From NCBI GenBank assembly GCA_041749375.1, contig JBGTBN010000020.1:21828-85827 (forward strand): DNA of 64,000 nucleotides, read 5' to 3'. Shown piece after piece: positions 1-10,790 of the stretch. The stretch is from Spirochaetota bacterium (GTDB lineage: Bacteria; Spirochaetota; UBA4802; UBA5550). The translations under genes were made by a program, and so were the position numbers. Every line of letters begins with the position of its first letter. Position 1 is the stretch's first letter. Below the pieces are notes generated by a model. It worked only from the letters and a program-made list of their open reading frames with translations. It did no database searches and was not told the DNA's origin.

Positions 1-346
1 TGAGGCGGTAAATAAATTTCTTAACAATTTACTTAACAATAAAAAAAATACCGATAACTATCCCCATGCCAATTATGTTATTATTAAAGAAATGATCAAT
101 ACAATAGTAAGCTGGAGATTAATCTGGGGGTTCCCACCGACAATCGCACATATTATGGAACAATCCGACACTCTGACCTGATAACAGGCGGATGAACCAA
201 CTCTCATTATAGTGCATCATGGCACCACAGGTAAAAAATTTCCGGGCATACGCTATAATATTTGACACCATGAGCAGTTCATTCAGTATATTGAAAACAT
301 CGTGCAAAACGAACAGCGCTTCGCAGTACAACGACCAGGAGATTCC

Positions 347-1516
347 ATGCAGCCAGGCATACAGAATCAAGTGGCACCAAGTTCATTCTTCGACGGGATC
401 GGGCCTGTCCGCTCGTTTTTCGCCCCGGGCCGAATCAACATAATTGGAGAGCATCTGGATTACAACGGGGGAAGCGTTTTTCCCGGAGCTATATCGCTCG
501 GAATAACAGGTTACATCCAATACCGTGACGACATGATGCTTCGATTGACCTCCGAACAGGAGCAGCAGGCGATAACTATCGACCTCAATTCCACTGCCGC
601 GCTATCATACGATGCGGACCGCGGATGGGCGAATTATCCAGTTGGCGCACTATTCTATCTGAACAATAACGGCATGGTGATTCAACGGGGCATGAATATC
701 CGGTTTTCCAGCACGCTGCCCCAGGGATCGGGGCTGTCATCATCCGCAGCCCTTGAAGTAATTACAGCTGTCATGGCAACGGGGGAACATGGCAGAACGG
801 AATCCGATCTGGTCCGAATAGCCGGTCTCATGCAGTCAATGGAAAACGAATATATCGGCGTCCGGTGTGGAATCATGGACCAGTTTACCGTGGCACTGGG
901 ACGTAAGGACCATGCGATACTCCTGGATTCCAACTCGCTGGAATATACATATATTCCCGTGAACCTGGGAGATTATACATTCATCATAATGAACAGTAAC
1001 CGGCCGCGCCGGCTGGTTGATTCACGTTATAACGAGCGGCATGCCGAATGCGTACGGGCTCTGGGCCAGATTAGATCCCACAATCAAGCAGTTGATCGTT
1101 TGGCCATGGCATCCCCGGACGACCTCATGTATATAACAGATGGCACGCTGAAAAAAAGAGCACGTCACATCGCAAGCGAACAGCGGCGAGTTTTCGAATC
1201 AGTCGACGCGCTCGCACGGGGCGACCTCGGCGGGTTCGGAAAACTTCTCGCCGCATCCCATGCTTCGCTCCGTGATGATTACGAGGTAACGGGACCGGAG
1301 CTTGATGCGCTTGTCCGGTCGGCGTCCGAGCTGCCCGAATGCATTGGCGCGCGGATGACCGGGGCCGGTTTCGGCGGATGCGCTATCGCCCTGGTCAGGC
1401 GCACTGCAGTGGAGGATTTCTCGCATTCAGTCGGGGAACGATACGCGAAACTGACGGGGCTCGCTGCAGATTTTTTCGAGAGCGGACTGGAAGACGGGGT
1501 GCACGAGATTCATTGA
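347..1516 (+). CDS. galK: galactokinase (GHMP kinase)
   Basis: Translation contains PGRINIIGEHLDYNGG galactokinase signature and GHMP kinase motifs; AGGAG RBS 6 nt before ATG 347 (ORF track starts at GTG 302). Confidence 0.9.
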   Translation: MQPGIQNQVAPSSFFDGIGPVRSFFAPGRINIIGEHLDYNGGSVFPGAISLGITGYIQYRDDMMLRLTSEQEQQAITIDLNSTAALSYDADRGWANYPVGALFYLNNNGMVIQRGMNIRFSSTLPQGSGLSSSAALEVITAVMATGEHGRTESDLVRIAGLMQSMENEYIGVRCGIMDQFTVALGRKDHAILLDSNSLEYTYIPVNLGDYTFIIMNSNRPRRLVDSRYNERHAECVRALGQIRSHNQAVDRLAMASPDDLMYITDGTLKKRARHIASEQRRVFESVDALARGDLGGFGKLLAASHASLRDDYEVTGPELDALVRSASELPECIGARMTGAGFGGCAIALVRRTAVEDFSHSVGERYAKLTGLAADFFESGLEDGVHEIH

Positions 1517-1570
1517 TGATATGATCTTCACCCTGATCCAGATGATATAATTGATTACAAAGGAAAATGT

Positions 1571-3583
1571 ATGAACATTCAGAAAGGAATCATTCGCTAC
1601 ATGTACGGGAAGCGGGAATATACCCTGAACTTCAGGGTGGGCTCCTCTGCCAGAATGCCGGGGATGGAAATCGAATCAGAGATGGTCCATCTCGAACATG
1701 GATGGCGCATACGTATTACGCTTGTGCCGCAGGATTCGGTAACCATCACGGCGGCCAGCCTTGACGCCAATTACCGCTTTACCCGGGACGACATGATATT
1801 CTGCAACGGCTTTCAATCCTGGACCGAGAGCCGCAAGTTCGCACCCGGCGATAAAATTAAAAAGCTGGCCCGCTCAGCGCGCCGGTTCAAGGTCCATTGT
1901 TTCGGCGATTACCACTTCTACCCCTACTCCGGTGACAAGGGCAAGATCCACAGCCATGTGTACTGTTATATCAAACAGAAGACCGGCGATTACACCCTCC
2001 TGGGGTCGCTCCTGGAAGATACGGGCTATACCATATACGCATGCGAGACCAGGAAGAACCGAATCACGGTCATCAAGGAAGTGGAAGGACTGGTGATCTC
2101 GGACCGTCTCGTCCTGATTGACCTGCTCCAGCTGCAGGGGCCCAAGCGGGAGGTGCTTGCGGGGTACTTCGAAACACTCTGTCCGAACCTTCAGACGCGT
2201 GAACCGGCCACCGGATGGACGAGCTGGTACAAGCACTACACCAACATATCCGAAGATATCATTCTGAATAATCTCAACACGATGTCACAGAACCGCGTTG
2301 CCCTTGACTTTTTCCAGATAGATGACGGGTACCAGGCCACGGTCGGGGACTGGCTGGAGATAAAACCGTCCTTCCCTAACGGCATGAAGCATATCGCCGA
2401 CAGCATCAGGGCGAAGCATTATACCCCCGGCCTCTGGCTGGCACCATTTATATGCGAGGAGCGTTCCGCGATGTACCGGAACCATCCCGACTGGTTGCTG
2501 AGACAAAACGGCGAACCGGTGCCGGCGGGATGGAATCCGCTCTGGAGCGGCACCTTCTACGCCCTTGATGTCTACAATGATGAATTTCGCTATCACATCA
2601 AGGAAGTGTTCGATACTGTGCTGAACCAGTGGGGATTCGACATGGTGAAGCTTGATTTTCTCTACGCGGCGGCCATGATACCGCGGGCCGGAAAAACACG
2701 CGGCACGATCATGATGGAAGCCATGCGGTTTCTCAGAAGGTGCGCGGGAGAAAAATTGATACTGGGCTGCGGCGTTCCGCTGGGGACCGCGTTCGGCCAG
2801 GTCGATTACTGCCGCATCGGGAGCGACGTTTCGCCGAAATGGGAAGACCGCATCCTCACCGCGATCCATTACCGGGAGCGGGTGTCGACCGTCAACTCGC
2901 TCAGGAGCACCATCGGAAGGAGCCACCTGAACGGGCGGGTTTTCGTGAACGATCCCGACGTCGTCATCCTCAGGGAGGAGGACAACGCGCTCACGGCGTC
3001 CGAGCGGCACACCCTGTGCATGGTAAACAACATATTCGGCGGGCTCCTGTTCACATCCGACGACATCAGCGCGTATTCGGAGAAGACGATGCGCGCATTC
3101 CGTTCGATGTTTCCCTTTGTTAAAAAAGAAATCGATCGCGTGGACGAGTTCGGCCCCCTGCAGAAAGTCACATTCCGGATCGGCGTTCGGGATTACATCG
3201 CGTATATCAACCTCTCATCCCGCAAGTGCAAGACCGTGCTTGAGGACGGCATCTATTTCTGCAATACCGTTGACGAGGCGCGCCGCTTCACGCCCGGCGG
3301 AACCGGGATCGTCATCGGTCCTCACGAATCGCGCTGTTATCACCTCGTAAGTGACGACTTTTTCACCGTTGCCGGGACGACCGGGCACATCTTCCCCGGC
3401 AGCGAGATCGTCTCGTGCATACAGAAAGGGGACATCATCAATGTCGCACAGTACGGCCAGGCGAAAAACGCGAACACCGTGTACGTACGGACGCCCGCTC
3501 TGGGCCAGTACCTCGCGAACGGTAAAACCATGCAGGCCATAAAGATACGGGAGAAGCTTTTCATGCTCGCAATTGAACTGTAA
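1571..3583 (+). CDS. alpha-galactosidase-like glycoside hydrolase (GH36/GH27 clan-D-like)
   Basis: 670 aa; FQIDDGYQ motif resembles melibiase DDGW(F) catalytic region; context next to galK. Confidence 0.55.
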   Translation: MNIQKGIIRYMYGKREYTLNFRVGSSARMPGMEIESEMVHLEHGWRIRITLVPQDSVTITAASLDANYRFTRDDMIFCNGFQSWTESRKFAPGDKIKKLARSARRFKVHCFGDYHFYPYSGDKGKIHSHVYCYIKQKTGDYTLLGSLLEDTGYTIYACETRKNRITVIKEVEGLVISDRLVLIDLLQLQGPKREVLAGYFETLCPNLQTREPATGWTSWYKHYTNISEDIILNNLNTMSQNRVALDFFQIDDGYQATVGDWLEIKPSFPNGMKHIADSIRAKHYTPGLWLAPFICEERSAMYRNHPDWLLRQNGEPVPAGWNPLWSGTFYALDVYNDEFRYHIKEVFDTVLNQWGFDMVKLDFLYAAAMIPRAGKTRGTIMMEAMRFLRRCAGEKLILGCGVPLGTAFGQVDYCRIGSDVSPKWEDRILTAIHYRERVSTVNSLRSTIGRSHLNGRVFVNDPDVVILREEDNALTASERHTLCMVNNIFGGLLFTSDDISAYSEKTMRAFRSMFPFVKKEIDRVDEFGPLQKVTFRIGVRDYIAYINLSSRKCKTVLEDGIYFCNTVDEARRFTPGGTGIVIGPHESRCYHLVSDDFFTVAGTTGHIFPGSEIVSCIQKGDIINVAQYGQAKNANTVYVRTPALGQYLANGKTMQAIKIREKLFMLAIEL

Positions 3584-3596
3584 CAGGGAGGAAGCC

Positions 3597-4901
3597 ATGA
3601 AGCCATTCCGCTTACCCGACGACTTCAAACTGGGGACGGCAACAGCATCGCTGCAGATCGAAGGAGGAGACCGGGGTAACAGCTGGTACCGCTGGACACA
3701 GAAGGCGGGACGGATCAAGGACGGGACCGACTGCCTCGTTGCAGCAGACCACTGGAACAGGGTCGCGGAAGATGTGCGTATCATGAAGGGTCTGGCCGTC
3801 AACGCCTACCGCTTGAGCCTGGAGTGGAGCCGCATCGAGCCATCGGAAGGTACATTCGATGCCGGGGCCATCGATCACTACCGCGACGAGATCAGGCGGC
3901 TCAGGAAGGCCGGCATCGAGCCGATGGTGACCCTGCATCATTTCAGCAATCCGCTCTGGTTCGAGGATTCGGGCGGATGGACCGAGGACACCGCGATTGC
4001 CAGGTTCGAGCGCTATACCGAGCAGGCGGTCCGGGCGCTGGGCGACCTGGTGTCCACCTGGGTCACCATCAACGAGCCCAACGTGTACCTCCTCTTCGGG
4101 TATGTTACCGGCACCTGGCCGCCGGGAGAAAAAAACATCTCCCGGTTCATCCGCGGCGCGAGGGTAATGATCCGCGCCCACATCGCATCGTACCGGAAGA
4201 TCCACGAAACCAGGAAAGCCATGGGATTTACGGACACGCAGGTCGGAGTCGCCCACCATCTCCGCATATTCGACCCGATGAGCGGCACGGTCGGCGAGCG
4301 GTTTGCCTGCTTTCTGCAAAACCGCCTCTTCCACGACATATTCGTCACAGGCATGTCCGAGGGCCGCTACCTCCTGCCCCTGGGCGCCGGGCATCCCGAG
4401 GGCAAGGGCGTGTACCAGGACTTCTTCGGCATCAACTATTATTCACGCGAAATGGTGTCGTTCAACCCGCGCCGGCCGGACCAGATGTTCGGTGACATAT
4501 CGACCAGGCAAGGCGCACCGGTCAACGACCTGGGATGGGAGATCTACCCGGAGGGGCTCTACCGTTTTTGCGAGCACTATTACCGCCGCTTCAGGATCCC
4601 CATTTACATAACCGAGAACGGTACACCCGACGCGAAGGACAGCTTCAGGGCCCGCTACATCTACGACCATCTCTATCAGGTGAAGCTCCTCATCGACGCG
4701 GGCGTCGACGTGCGGGGCTACTATCACTGGAGCTTCATGGACAACTTCGAATGGGCGGAAGGGCTCGAACCGCGCTTCGGGCTGGTGGCGGTGGACTACC
4801 GGAAACAGAAGCGCACGGTCCGGAAAAGCGGCAGGCTGTACGCGGACATATGCAAAAACAATGGCGTGACCGAGGCGATGATACGCAAGTACCTCGCATA
4901 A
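3597..4901 (+). CDS. GH1 beta-glucosidase/beta-galactosidase
   Basis: LQIEGG N-terminal motif, NEP acid/base and ITENG nucleophile motif; GGGAGG RBS before ATG 3597. Confidence 0.85.
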   Translation: MKPFRLPDDFKLGTATASLQIEGGDRGNSWYRWTQKAGRIKDGTDCLVAADHWNRVAEDVRIMKGLAVNAYRLSLEWSRIEPSEGTFDAGAIDHYRDEIRRLRKAGIEPMVTLHHFSNPLWFEDSGGWTEDTAIARFERYTEQAVRALGDLVSTWVTINEPNVYLLFGYVTGTWPPGEKNISRFIRGARVMIRAHIASYRKIHETRKAMGFTDTQVGVAHHLRIFDPMSGTVGERFACFLQNRLFHDIFVTGMSEGRYLLPLGAGHPEGKGVYQDFFGINYYSREMVSFNPRRPDQMFGDISTRQGAPVNDLGWEIYPEGLYRFCEHYYRRFRIPIYITENGTPDAKDSFRARYIYDHLYQVKLLIDAGVDVRGYYHWSFMDNFEWAEGLEPRFGLVAVDYRKQKRTVRKSGRLYADICKNNGVTEAMIRKYLA

Positions 4902-5000
4902 ACGGTCTATACCGGCAGGTTGACTGCATCACGATTCCACGAGCAGAAAGCATGGTTGCTCGGGGAGTTCATTGCATCCGGCCCGAAACACCAGGTACGC

Positions 5001-5915
5001 TCAAAGCCGCTCCAGCGCCTTGAAAACGCACTCGTACTCACCCTTGGCGTTCCACGCAACCCACCCCCGCGCGCCCGTGGATTCCGCCGCGACCACCTGC
5101 AGCTCCACGTAGCGGTCAAGGGACACGCGCGCCCACTGTATGTTGTACGGGAAGGCCTGGATATAGGGCTGGATCCCGGCGCGCGTGCCCTGCACCCGGT
5201 CGATCCCCCGCTGCGTCCCGTCCCGCACCGTCTCGCCCGGGTTGGCCATGCGGCCGCGGTCGTCCGTGAAGTGGCTCGGGTAGAGCATCGGGTAGATGAT
5301 GTCCGTGTGCTTCGCGAAATTCTCGATCTTTTGTCCGATAATATCATTCCTGTTGTAGACCACGCGGCCAAAGAGATCAGCCGAGAGCTTCACCCCGCGC
5401 TCATCCGCGATGGAGCGCGCCCGCTTCAATAGATCATCGATAAACCCGTATTTCACCGAGAGCGCGTAATACGGGGCCCCGTCCGGGAAGCGTATGTAGT
5501 CCATCTGGACCTCGTCGAACCCGGCGCCGGCCGCCTCTCCCATGAGGCTGAAAAGCCGCTCAAGGTGCCCGTCAGGCACCGGGAGGGACTTGAGCCCGTC
5601 CTGGAAGCAGACTATCCGCGCGGCGATATAAATCCCCTGGCGCTTGAGATACCCGACAACATCGGGATTGATCCGGCTCTTCAGCACCATGAAGGGGTGC
5701 ACGTCGATTACCAGCATGTTGATCCCGAGCGGCCTGCCGCGCTCGATTATCGTTCTAATATATTCCGGGTTGTTTGCCTGGCGGTTGGGGATGTAGAGGC
5801 CCCGGAGCGGGCGATGCCCGCTGCCCCGCGGGCCGCCTGCGGTCGCGCAGGACACGCAGTTGACCAGGATCGCTGCGGCGATTATGACGGCGGTACGACG
5901 TATTATACTTTTCAT
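5001..5915 (-). CDS. DUF4015-type putative glycoside hydrolase lipoprotein
   Basis: Signal peptide with lipobox (VSCA); DYIRFP motif typical of DUF4015 TIM-barrel; AGGAAAGG RBS. Confidence 0.65.
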   Translation of the reverse strand: MKSIIRRTAVIIAAAILVNCVSCATAGGPRGSGHRPLRGLYIPNRQANNPEYIRTIIERGRPLGINMLVIDVHPFMVLKSRINPDVVGYLKRQGIYIAARIVCFQDGLKSLPVPDGHLERLFSLMGEAAGAGFDEVQMDYIRFPDGAPYYALSVKYGFIDDLLKRARSIADERGVKLSADLFGRVVYNRNDIIGQKIENFAKHTDIIYPMLYPSHFTDDRGRMANPGETVRDGTQRGIDRVQGTRAGIQPYIQAFPYNIQWARVSLDRYVELQVVAAESTGARGWVAWNAKGEYECVFKALERL

Positions 5916-5984
5916 GGGCCTTTCCTGTTCTGTCGAATTCCGGCCCATGATGATCGCGGGGAATAATCTGTCAAAAATAATTTT

Positions 5985-6449
5985 TTACCCCGAGTACAGG
6001 CTGGCCCGTCGCTCGCATTCCTCTTTGACCATCGCCACGAAATCGTCCAGCACGCGGCTAGAGAGAAAATCCACGATCGTGTCAGGCATGAGCATGCCGA
6101 AATCGACCCGTAACGTGAACACGAAGAGGGTCCGGTCCGGCGGCAGGGCGCGGAAATGGAAATTGCCCGTCGCCTTGGCGATATCGCCGCCTCCGGACTC
6201 GTAGAAGAGCTGCCGCCTGTCGTCGTCATAACGGTAGTTGAGGACGATTTTCATGCCTTTTTTAATAAGCAGGTCAAAGGTGAAAAAGACCCGGGAGGGG
6301 CGCCCTTCCCTGTTCACTTTCTTGATATCGAGGTTCTTCACGTGCTTGAACCAGGAAAGGTACCCCTGGATGTCGCACAGGACCGCGTAGCATGCGTCGG
6401 GCGTTGCGTTGATCTCGATAGAGCGCGACACTTCCTGTAACTTCTTCAT
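5985..6449 (-). CDS. SRPBCC (polyketide cyclase/START-like) family protein
   Basis: 154 aa, fold-family resemblance only. Confidence 0.45.
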   Translation of the reverse strand: MKKLQEVSRSIEINATPDACYAVLCDIQGYLSWFKHVKNLDIKKVNREGRPSRVFFTFDLLIKKGMKIVLNYRYDDDRRQLFYESGGGDIAKATGNFHFRALPPDRTLFVFTLRVDFGMLMPDTIVDFLSSRVLDDFVAMVKEECERRASLYSG

Positions 6450-6470
6450 CGTATCACCCCGGCAACCGGA

Positions 6471-7817
6471 TCAGGAACGGACCGCTGCCGCCATGTCCTT
6501 CGCCTTTTCTTTCATGGCCTCGGTAAGCGCAGTCTCGTCTTTGGGAAACGTCAGCGCCATACCCAGGAGTACAAGTCCACAGATCACCCAGAAGAGGTTC
6601 GCGATGTTGAAGGCATAAAGCCTTCCGAACTGCACGATGAAGATGCTTATAATGACCGGTCCGAACCCCTTTCCCAGGTTATCGGTCAGGTTGAAGAGCG
6701 AGAAGATCGATCCCCTTGTCTCCGGGGCGTTTACGTTCAGGAGCATTGCCTTCACGTTGGGCCCGGTCAGGGAAATCATGAAACCGGCCATCAGCCCGAG
6801 CAGGAGCGGCCCCGCAATATCCGGGTTGGCAACACCGGCCTGCGACGGATAATTCAGCAGTAATGCCACTGGTATGATCCCGAGCAACGTGCTCGTTCCG
6901 CACAATAACGGAAGAAATTTGGGTCTGATATTGTACAGTTTATTGCCGATCAGGCCGCCGACAAACGAGCCCAGTATCGCTGCGGCACCAAGCACCATCA
7001 CGATGAGCGTGGCCATCTCGACCGTATAGCCCTTGTCCTGTGAATAGAAATCGTTCAGGAAAATGAAAAACACGCCCCAGGGCACTGTCCCGGGGATCCC
7101 TTGTAAAAATACCATGATATTGGTTTTTATCCTGAAAAGCTCGCGGTATTTTTTCCAGTCGATTCGACCCGTGTACACCGCTCCGCTCTGGATCAGATCC
7201 CTCAATGCATCTTCGGTCCTGCCCCGCACCGGTTCCCGCACCGAGAGAAGGAAGAGCAGGCAGAGCGCGAAGTTCGGGAGCGCTACGATGATAAAAGGGA
7301 GACGCCATCCCATGGACGGCCCGATAAAGCCGGCCAGGAGCTGGCCAGCAGCAATGCCCATGCCTTCCGCAAGACTGATCCAGGCCGTAGCCATGGCACG
7401 GTTCCCATGGCTGAAATAATCGCCGATCATCGAATAGGTAAGCGGAAGGGCGCCGCCGATACCGATACCGGTGAGGGCGCGCATCCAGAAGAGCTGATCG
7501 TATGTCTTGACGAAACCGGTGAGGAGGCATGGTATCTCACCCAGGATGATGACTGCAATAAAGAGCTTCTTGCGCGACACAAGGTCCGTAAAATAGCCGA
7601 TCGCCAGGGTGACCAGGCTGCCCAGCACGAAGAAGACCGCCGAGATATCGCCGCCGAGCATAACGTCACGCTGAACATCATTGAGCCCCAGGTCGCGTGC
7701 GATCTGCGTGAGGTTGGGCGCCATCAGGTTCTGGTCAGCGAACAGGAACAGGTTCATGACGGCGAGCAGGATGACGGCATAAATCTCTCGTGCGGCAAAG
7801 CCGGATCTCTTATCCAT
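6471..7817 (-). CDS. MFS transporter
   Basis: 448 aa, 12 predicted TM segments, MFS-like loop motifs. Confidence 0.8.
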   Translation of the reverse strand: MDKRSGFAAREIYAVILLAVMNLFLFADQNLMAPNLTQIARDLGLNDVQRDVMLGGDISAVFFVLGSLVTLAIGYFTDLVSRKKLFIAVIILGEIPCLLTGFVKTYDQLFWMRALTGIGIGGALPLTYSMIGDYFSHGNRAMATAWISLAEGMGIAAGQLLAGFIGPSMGWRLPFIIVALPNFALCLLFLLSVREPVRGRTEDALRDLIQSGAVYTGRIDWKKYRELFRIKTNIMVFLQGIPGTVPWGVFFIFLNDFYSQDKGYTVEMATLIVMVLGAAAILGSFVGGLIGNKLYNIRPKFLPLLCGTSTLLGIIPVALLLNYPSQAGVANPDIAGPLLLGLMAGFMISLTGPNVKAMLLNVNAPETRGSIFSLFNLTDNLGKGFGPVIISIFIVQFGRLYAFNIANLFWVICGLVLLGMALTFPKDETALTEAMKEKAKDMAAAVRS

Positions 7818-7889
7818 GGAACGGCCTCCTGAAATTATTGCGTGACAGTTTCACGACCGAAACCTTTTGTCAACGATATATCAGCCGGA

Positions 7890-9509
7890 TCAGATGCGCT
7901 GAAGTACAACGGCCTCGTAAGGAACAAGATCGATCCGACCGGCATCAAGCGGCCAACCGGCAGCCCGGTGAGTCCCGAGCAGGACCTGCCATCTGGATGT
8001 GCCTTCCGATCCAATGGAGCGCTGTTTGCCTGAAAAGTTCAGGGCCACGAACACCTTCTCCCCTTCGGCTTCGCGGTAAAATGCCAGCACTTCGGGCTCG
8101 GAGTATGACGGCCGGAACGAGCCACGCGTGAGCGCGACCTGCTCCCTCCTGAGCGCCAGGAGGTCCCGGTACCAGCAGAGGAGCGAGCCCGGGTCGTCCT
8201 TCTGTGCCGCCACGTTAACGTCCAGATAAGTATCGGCAACCGGGAGCCATGGGCTGGCTGCCGAGAACCCGGCATTCGCATCGGCAGACCATTGCATGGG
8301 CGTCCGCTCCGGATCGCGGCCCTTGTTGAGGGGCCAGTATTTTATCCCGACCGGGTCCCGTACCTGCTTCCGAGTTATTCGCCCGTTCTTCATCCCGATC
8401 TCCTCGCCGTAATAGAGAAAGGGCGTGCCCCATGCGGTGAGGAGCATGGCAGCCAGGACCCGCGCCTTTTTTTCACCGTCCCTGCCCGGGCACCAGCGCG
8501 TCATGCTGCGCGGCTGGTCATGATTGTTGAGCACGATCGAAGGCCAGCCTGCTTCAGGCATGGCATCGTACCAGCGGGACAGGCACCCGGCGAAATGACG
8601 CGCGCCGTATTTCGAAAAAAGCAGCGAGAAGTCAAAGGACAGGTGGAGCTCGTCCGTGCCGCTCCCGAGATACGACGCTGCGGTCTTCGCGCCTCCGGGC
8701 GACGCCTCGTATGTCTCGCCCACCATCATTCGGTCCTCGTATCCGTCCAGGACCTTCCGCAGCTCCCTCAGCACGTCATGGGTCTCCGGCCTGTTCTGGT
8801 CATAGATGTGCTTCTGTAAATCATACGGCCGCGGCGCGTTGGGGCCCCAGCCGAGCGGATTGCTCCTGAACCGGTCGTCCTTGACATACCAGGTGACCGC
8901 GTCCAGCCGGAAGCCGTCCACGCCCCGGTCCAGCCAGAAGCGCAGCTCGCCGAAGACCGCGTCCCTGCACTCCCTGTTCCTGAGGTTCAGGTCAGGCTGT
9001 TCTTTCAGAAATGAATGGAAGTAGAACTGACCCGTGGCCTCGTCCCGTTCCCACGCCCTGCCCCCGAACGCGGCCATCCAGTTATTGGGCGGCTTCCCGT
9101 TCTTCCCGTCGTGCCAGATGTACCAGTGCCGCTTCGGGTTGTCGCGCGAGGAACGGGACTCGACGAACCAGGGATGGAGGTGCGAGGTGTGGTTGATCAC
9201 CATGTCCATCACGATACGTATGTTCCGCCGGTGCGCCTCCTCGATCAGACGGTCGCAGTCCGCGAGCGCGCCGAAGACCGGGTCAATGCCGCGGTAGTCG
9301 GATATGTCGTAGCCGAAATCATACATCGGGGAGGTGTTGATGGGCGAGAGCCAGATCGCATCCACGCCGAGCCAGGCAAGGTAATCAAGCTTCCCGATGA
9401 TGCCGGGCAGGTCGCCCACGCCGTCGCCGTTCGCGTCATAGAAACTGCGCGGATAGATCTGGTAAATAACCCCGTGTTTCCACCAGGTGAAATCGTCGTT
9501 GTTTTTCAT
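7890..9509 (-). CDS. GH13 alpha-glucosidase (oligo-1,6-glucosidase-like)
   Basis: N-terminus WWKHGVIYQIYPRSF...GDLPGI...LGVDAIWLSP and DMVINH motifs of GH13 subfamily 31. Confidence 0.85.
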   Translation of the reverse strand: MKNNDDFTWWKHGVIYQIYPRSFYDANGDGVGDLPGIIGKLDYLAWLGVDAIWLSPINTSPMYDFGYDISDYRGIDPVFGALADCDRLIEEAHRRNIRIVMDMVINHTSHLHPWFVESRSSRDNPKRHWYIWHDGKNGKPPNNWMAAFGGRAWERDEATGQFYFHSFLKEQPDLNLRNRECRDAVFGELRFWLDRGVDGFRLDAVTWYVKDDRFRSNPLGWGPNAPRPYDLQKHIYDQNRPETHDVLRELRKVLDGYEDRMMVGETYEASPGGAKTAASYLGSGTDELHLSFDFSLLFSKYGARHFAGCLSRWYDAMPEAGWPSIVLNNHDQPRSMTRWCPGRDGEKKARVLAAMLLTAWGTPFLYYGEEIGMKNGRITRKQVRDPVGIKYWPLNKGRDPERTPMQWSADANAGFSAASPWLPVADTYLDVNVAAQKDDPGSLLCWYRDLLALRREQVALTRGSFRPSYSEPEVLAFYREAEGEKVFVALNFSGKQRSIGSEGTSRWQVLLGTHRAAGWPLDAGRIDLVPYEAVVLQRI

Positions 9510-9624
9510 GCTCTGCCCCCGGACAGGTTTTACCGCATTATAACCGGATCGCCCTGTTATGGCAAAACCTTTTTTTCTTCGGTTCCTGCTTCCCCTTGCC
9601 GCCCGAAGGCAAAAATTTGTTCTT

Positions 9625-9651
9625 GATATACATGGGCCGATGATGTATATC
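9625..9651. promoter_or_regulatory. perfect 9-bp inverted repeat GATATACAT-N9-ATGTATATC (operator-like) in divergent intergenic region
   Basis: seen directly between GH13 (-) and ADC-like (+) genes. Confidence 0.4.
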
Positions 9652-9755
9652 CCTAACAGGGCATGCCATCTGCCCGACAGATGCCATGCCGACGCTGATA
9701 CCTGAACAGATGACGAAGAGATGTTATAAACGACCGATCACAACCGAGGTGCACA

Positions 9756-10529
9756 ATGAGCGATACATCGAAAGGACATTCCTTGAAAAACGAAAACTTC
9801 TGGGTGAATATCCGGAAAAACAGGAAAGAGCACCGGAACACATGGGACAGGGCGCGGTTCCTGCTGGCCGATGTGCCGCTGGATTACCGCGAGGTACGGA
9901 GAATACTTCCATGCGGGATGCGGCCCTCAGACCCGCCGATGGCAACCCTCTTCATATGCGAGTATCCGGAAGTGGCATTCCCGCTTTTTCCCTACCATGA
10001 AGCGGCGCTGTTAATTCACGTACGCACACCGCTGGGTGCGGGCCGTCACTGCTGCTGGATTACCGTGGATGACGACACCGCGCTGGTCCTGGGAAGGGAG
10101 CTTCTCGGTTACCCGAAGAAAATGGGCATTTTCACATTCGATGAGAAAAAGTCCGTCTTCGACGCTTCGGTAAGGCGGCGCGGGATCACGGTCATGTCAA
10201 TGAAGGCAATCCGCGGGGAACGTGAACCTTCGCCGAAGCCGGTTTTCAATTACAGGACCTTTCATGTCGGTGGACTGGGCCAGCTCCTCGCCCTGAACCC
10301 AATATGGACGTTCCGCCCCCGCGAGGTCATCCATGAATATTACAGGGCGGAAGTAACACTGGCCCTGCAAGAATCCGGATTTGACCCCATAGCGCGCCTG
10401 GTTGCGGGCGGTGCCGTAAATGGCCGTATCGTGCTCATGGACATTCCCGGAGACACTCCGTACATGCTTCCGGTCGGCATGGCGGGTCCTGGCTGGTTCG
10501 GCAGAACATTCAACATGCGATTCAGGTAG
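9756..10529 (+). CDS. acetoacetate decarboxylase (ADC)-like family protein
   Basis: 257 aa; LGYPKK region and overall similarity to ADC/MppR-like fold. Confidence 0.5.
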   Translation: MSDTSKGHSLKNENFWVNIRKNRKEHRNTWDRARFLLADVPLDYREVRRILPCGMRPSDPPMATLFICEYPEVAFPLFPYHEAALLIHVRTPLGAGRHCCWITVDDDTALVLGRELLGYPKKMGIFTFDEKKSVFDASVRRRGITVMSMKAIRGEREPSPKPVFNYRTFHVGGLGQLLALNPIWTFRPREVIHEYYRAEVTLALQESGFDPIARLVAGGAVNGRIVLMDIPGDTPYMLPVGMAGPGWFGRTFNMRFR

Positions 10530-10790
10530 AAATGCAGTATAATGTCCCTTGTTAATACTGCCTTCCGGGCTTCTTCATCTATTTACATTTATTAATTGAC
10601 AAATCACCGTTCTCTATTTACATTATTATTAACACATTCTGTTCACAAAAATGTTTCATAAGGTATGATTCCTGGCGCACAGACCGTTGTTGCCCGGTAC
10701 GCACATGTTATTTCACGTCTGGAAAAACGTGAAGGTGTCATGCTTTTCACTGCACCGGCTATGTCATGGATCGAAGTAAATTAAATTATT

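Noticed and set aside
2285-5432. Numerous 100-300 aa ORFs antisense to or overlapping the GH36, GH1 and iorA/paaK genes (e.g. 2285-3010, 3612-4394, 4920-5432, 16367-17854)
   Set aside because: Typical spurious ORFs in high-GC DNA: Arg/Ala/Pro-rich translations with no motifs, entirely inside well-supported genes on the other strand.
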